A stretch of DNA of 17,920 bases from an uncultured Deferribacteres bacterium (GTDB lineage Bacteria > Zhuqueibacterota > Zhuqueibacteria > Zhuqueibacterales > Geothermadaptataceae): positions 1 to 17,920 of the forward strand of contig CAXHAT010000161.1 in NCBI GenBank assembly GCA_964014485.1, in the 5' to 3' direction. The stretch's first letter is position 1. The number at the start of each line of letters is the position of its first letter. The position numbers and the translations under genes were made by a program. The notes below the pieces were generated by a model. That model was not told where the DNA came from, did no database searches, and worked only from the letters and a program-made list of their open reading frames with translations. This document shows, piece after piece, positions 14,902-17,920 of this stretch.

Positions 14902-16244
14902 ACGTTAAGCTGATTACGCTGGGCTGTCCCAAAAACCTCGTCGATTCCGAGTTTATGATGGGCGGCCTCGAAAACTTTGGCGTTCATTTTACCAATGACG
15001 AAAAAAAAGCCGACGTCATGATGATTAACACATGCGGCTTTATCGAATCGGCGAAAGAAGAATCAATCGACACGATTCTTGAAGCGGTGGCGCACAAGCA
15101 GCGCGGCGGATGTCAGAAAGTCATCGTAACGGGTTGTCTCTCTGAGCGATACGGCGATGAGTTGCGCCAGGAAATCCCGGAGCTGGACGGGATTTACGGC
15201 AACCGCGACATGCAAAAAATTGTGCAAGACATTGCCTTGCAATTGCAGCTTCGGCATGAGCTGATTGGCGAAAAAAGGCAGGTGACCACCGGACACTACG
15301 CCTATCTGAAAATCTCGGAAGGGTGTGAGCACCCTTGTACTTTTTGCGCCATTCCGGCGATTCGCGGAGGCTTTCGCAGCAAGCCCGTGGAGAGTCTTGT
15401 TGCTGAAGCTCGGGCGCTCGCGGAGACCGGGGTGAAGGAACTGATTTTAATCGCCCAGGACTCGACGCAGTACGGCCTTGATTCTTACGGCGAAAGGAAG
15501 CTCCCTGAATTGATGAAGTCGCTCTCGAAAGTTGACGGAATTGAGTGGATGCGGCTGATGTACGCCTATCCGCACAACATGACGGACGAGGTCATCGAAA
15601 CGATTGCAACGACTGACAACATTTGCAACTACGTCGATATGCCGGTGCAGCATACCAGCGATTACATGCTTAAACGCATGGCGCGGCGTACGACCGGCGA
15701 AAAACAGCATCGGCTGATCGAAAAAATGCGGGCGGCAATTCCCGAATTAGCGCTCCGGACATCAGTCATTGTTGGTTTTCCTGGAGAAACCGAGGCTGAC
15801 TTTGAGCACCTTTTGAATTATGTGACCGAAGGTTATTTTGATCACTTGGGCGTGTTCACTTACTCGACCGAGGAAGGCACGCCGGCCGCCAATTTCCCAA
15901 AACTTGTTTCTGAAGAAGTGAAACGGGAACGCCAGGATTTACTCATTCAGGCGCAGGAAGACGTTTCATTCGCACGAAACGAAAAATTCATTGGCAGAGA
16001 ACTTCGGGTGCTCGTAGACGAGTACGATCCGCACGAAAAATGTGTGCGCGCCAGAACGGAATGGGATTGCCCGGAAATTGATAATTCAATATTGCTGGAC
16101 GCCGGCAGGCGAATCGGCGGTTTTTATCGCGCCGTTGTCAAAAGCGCCGCGCCGCATGATTTAAGAGCGGATGTTATAGGAAGAGAGCCTGTTTCGAATG
16201 AAAAAGCTGCTCCCGTCCGTATTCCAGTGGCAATCTCAACATGA
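14898..16244 (+). CDS. rimO: Ribosomal protein S12 methylthiotransferase
   Basis: LGCPKNLVDSE, INTCGFIESAKEESI, radical-SAM CEHPCTFC, RLMYAYP and a C-terminal TRAM-like region. ATGA overlap with ftsY. Confidence 0.96.
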   Translation: MNVKLITLGCPKNLVDSEFMMGGLENFGVHFTNDEKKADVMMINTCGFIESAKEESIDTILEAVAHKQRGGCQKVIVTGCLSERYGDELRQEIPELDGIYGNRDMQKIVQDIALQLQLRHELIGEKRQVTTGHYAYLKISEGCEHPCTFCAIPAIRGGFRSKPVESLVAEARALAETGVKELILIAQDSTQYGLDSYGERKLPELMKSLSKVDGIEWMRLMYAYPHNMTDEVIETIATTDNICNYVDMPVQHTSDYMLKRMARRTTGEKQHRLIEKMRAAIPELALRTSVIVGFPGETEADFEHLLNYVTEGYFDHLGVFTYSTEEGTPAANFPKLVSEEVKRERQDLLIQAQEDVSFARNEKFIGRELRVLVDEYDPHEKCVRARTEWDCPEIDNSILLDAGRRIGGFYRAVVKSAAPHDLRADVIGREPVSNEKAAPVRIPVAIST

Positions 16245-16253
16245 GGTGATGCT

Positions 16254-17564
16254 GTGAAAATAGAAAGAATTCGATTTGCGATCTTGTTTTTTTTAGCGGT
16301 CCCGGTATTTCTTAGCGGGCAAGTCGAGTTTCAGACTCGTTCATACACCGCCCCGCCGCTGCTTTTTGTTGATGTTTGGAACACTCAGGCCGAACTGTCA
16401 GAAGAAAGCCGCGTTACGCTCTACATTAAGATTCCTCGTGAACATCTCACCTATGTAAAAACCGCCTCGGACAGTTTTGAAGCGAAAATCGAAACGACAG
16501 TCATCGTCCTTGATAAGTCCAATTTTCAAGTTGAAGGGTGGGATAAAAAGTACGTTTATAAGCTTGCCCGATTTGGTGAAACCAGAGAGCGCCACAAGTA
16601 TTACGAACTCGTTGAAACCGTCGACCTTGAGCCGGGACGCTACAAGATTAAGATCGCTGTACAAGACATGGAATCGGAGAGAACCGACACGGCGGAAATC
16701 AAACTTGAGGCGTATGATTTTCAGAAGTCGAACTTGACCGTCAGCGATGTGCTCGTAGGGGATTCCTTATGGGTGGACGAGAATGAAACGTCGCACATAG
16801 AACCGTTGGCCGGAAGACCTCGGACAAAAGAAGGGCCGCTCTTCGGACTTTTTCATATTTACGCCGCAGAAACTTTGGATAAGTTCGAAGTTGAAATTAA
16901 CGTGCACAACGTTTTGAATAAGCGGGTTTTTCAAGATCGAAAGGACTTCGACCGAATTGGACCTGCCACGCCTGTTGTTTTTTCCGTCGGTGATGAATTT
17001 TTGCCGATGGGCGACTACACCATCACTGTAAAAGTCCGGGCGGGCGGCGAACAGGCAAAGATCGAGCGGACGTTTAGAATGATGTGGGACGGTTTTCCAA
17101 TCACTGCCCAGGACATGAAAACCGCCCTCAAGCAACTGCGCTACATTGCCAGCAGTAAAGAAATCAAAAAAATCAAAAAAGCACACCCGGACAGTCAGCG
17201 GCAAGCGTTTGTCGATTTCTGGAAAAAGCATGATCCTGAGCCGAATACGGAAGAAAATGAGAAGATGCAGGAATACTACCGGCGCATCCAGTATGCGAAC
17301 GCTAATTTTCGCGGCATGATGGAAGGCTGGAGAACGGATATGGGCATGATTTACATCATACTCGGCCCGCCAAGTACGGTGGAACGCGATCATTACAATC
17401 TAACGGGCTATCGTTCAAGACTCTCGTCCAAAACCGTGAAGGCTTTACAAGTCTGGCATTATCATGGGATGAATCGCGCTTTTGTTTTTATTGATGACAC
17501 CGGGTTAGGCGATTTTCGCCTGGACAACCGGGACGCCCTCCACGATGTTTACATACGTCAGTAG
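16254..17564 (+). CDS. GWxTD domain-containing exported protein
   Basis: Signal peptide, FWKKHDP.P.T.EN, YYRRI.YAN..F and GWRTDMGMIYI.LGPP. Confidence 0.9.
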   Translation: MKIERIRFAILFFLAVPVFLSGQVEFQTRSYTAPPLLFVDVWNTQAELSEESRVTLYIKIPREHLTYVKTASDSFEAKIETTVIVLDKSNFQVEGWDKKYVYKLARFGETRERHKYYELVETVDLEPGRYKIKIAVQDMESERTDTAEIKLEAYDFQKSNLTVSDVLVGDSLWVDENETSHIEPLAGRPRTKEGPLFGLFHIYAAETLDKFEVEINVHNVLNKRVFQDRKDFDRIGPATPVVFSVGDEFLPMGDYTITVKVRAGGEQAKIERTFRMMWDGFPITAQDMKTALKQLRYIASSKEIKKIKKAHPDSQRQAFVDFWKKHDPEPNTEENEKMQEYYRRIQYANANFRGMMEGWRTDMGMIYIILGPPSTVERDHYNLTGYRSRLSSKTVKALQVWHYHGMNRAFVFIDDTGLGDFRLDNRDALHDVYIRQ

Positions 17565-17582
17565 CTGTACGTTTTGAGCTTT

Positions 17583-17920
17583 ATGGATTTAATCAAGCCT
17601 CGAAAACTGCCTAAAAACGCGACTATCGGCGTAGTCGCGCCCGCCAGCCCCGCCAAGCCCGAACGCCTGGAAAACGGCGTCCGCTATCTTGAAAAGCTCG
17701 GCTACCGTGTCGAGTTGGGTAAAAATGTGGAAAAAACAAACGGCTATCTCGCAGGATCAGACGAAGAACGTATTTCGGACGTCGAGGAGATGTTTGAACG
17801 GCCGGACGTCGATGCGATTTTTTGCGTGCGCGGCGGTTACGGCACGCCAAGATTTCTGCGTAAGCTCGATTATGACGTCATCCGTCGAAATCCAAAAATT
17901 TTTGTCGGCTATAGCGACTT
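17583..17920 (+). CDS. LD-carboxypeptidase (S66 family), truncated at window end
   Basis: Hand translation gives MDLIKPRKLPKNATIGVVAPASP...YLAGSDEERI...AIFCVRGGYG...NPKIFVGYSD. It is absent from the ORF track because there is no stop in the window. Confidence 0.93.
   Translation, partial: MDLIKPRKLPKNATIGVVAPASPAKPERLENGVRYLEKLGYRVELGKNVEKTNGYLAGSDEERISDVEEMFERPDVDAIFCVRGGYGTPRFLRKLDYDVIRRNPKIFVGYSD

Noticed and set aside
16022..16045. Partial similarity of spacer 8 (reverse complement) to rimO
   Set aside because: Only a 10-nt exact core (CGATCCGCAC), about 20 of 24 with a gap, and the rest of the spacer is unmatched. Compatible with chance.
2581..17850. Numerous antisense or alternative-frame ORFs overlapping called genes (e.g. 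3738-4163, 13914-14351, 16767-17393, 17623-17850)
   Set aside because: Shadow ORFs of well-supported genes, with no motifs.

Overview
Bacterial genomic window with no cas genes inside it. The left end holds an AT-rich CRISPR leader (1-335) and an array of 14 identical 37-bp repeats (GTGGAAGCCTACCGAAGATCACGAGGTGAATTGATAC) with 13 unique 33-36-bp spacers (336-1298). The array ends in an unusual trailer (1299-1590) of two diverged 146-bp units. Each unit is a 109-nt self-complementary insert followed by a degenerate 37-bp repeat. The insert is a purine-rich spacer-sized arm, a repeat-derived core and a complementary pyrimidine-rich spacer-sized arm. The two units show a compensatory base-pair change, and each hides an SD-led mini-ORF. 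This trailer is the most novel-looking element. The rest is mostly housekeeping: an M20-family lipoprotein with altered metal ligands, a DUF2339-like membrane protein, two Gfo/Idh/MocA oxidoreductases, and a divergent intergenic region with a LacI-type palindrome, a REP/MITE-like element and a near-consensus sigma70 promoter. A long + strand run follows: folK, deoxynucleoside kinase, small membrane protein, RidA, DUF5683-like, YfiM-like, purF, UbiA-family, CDP-alcohol phosphatidyltransferase, ftsY, rimO, GWxTD protein and a truncated LD-carboxypeptidase. Gene content suggests an FCB-group bacterium such as KSB1, Calditrichota or Ignavibacteria (inference). All alignments and counts were done by hand.
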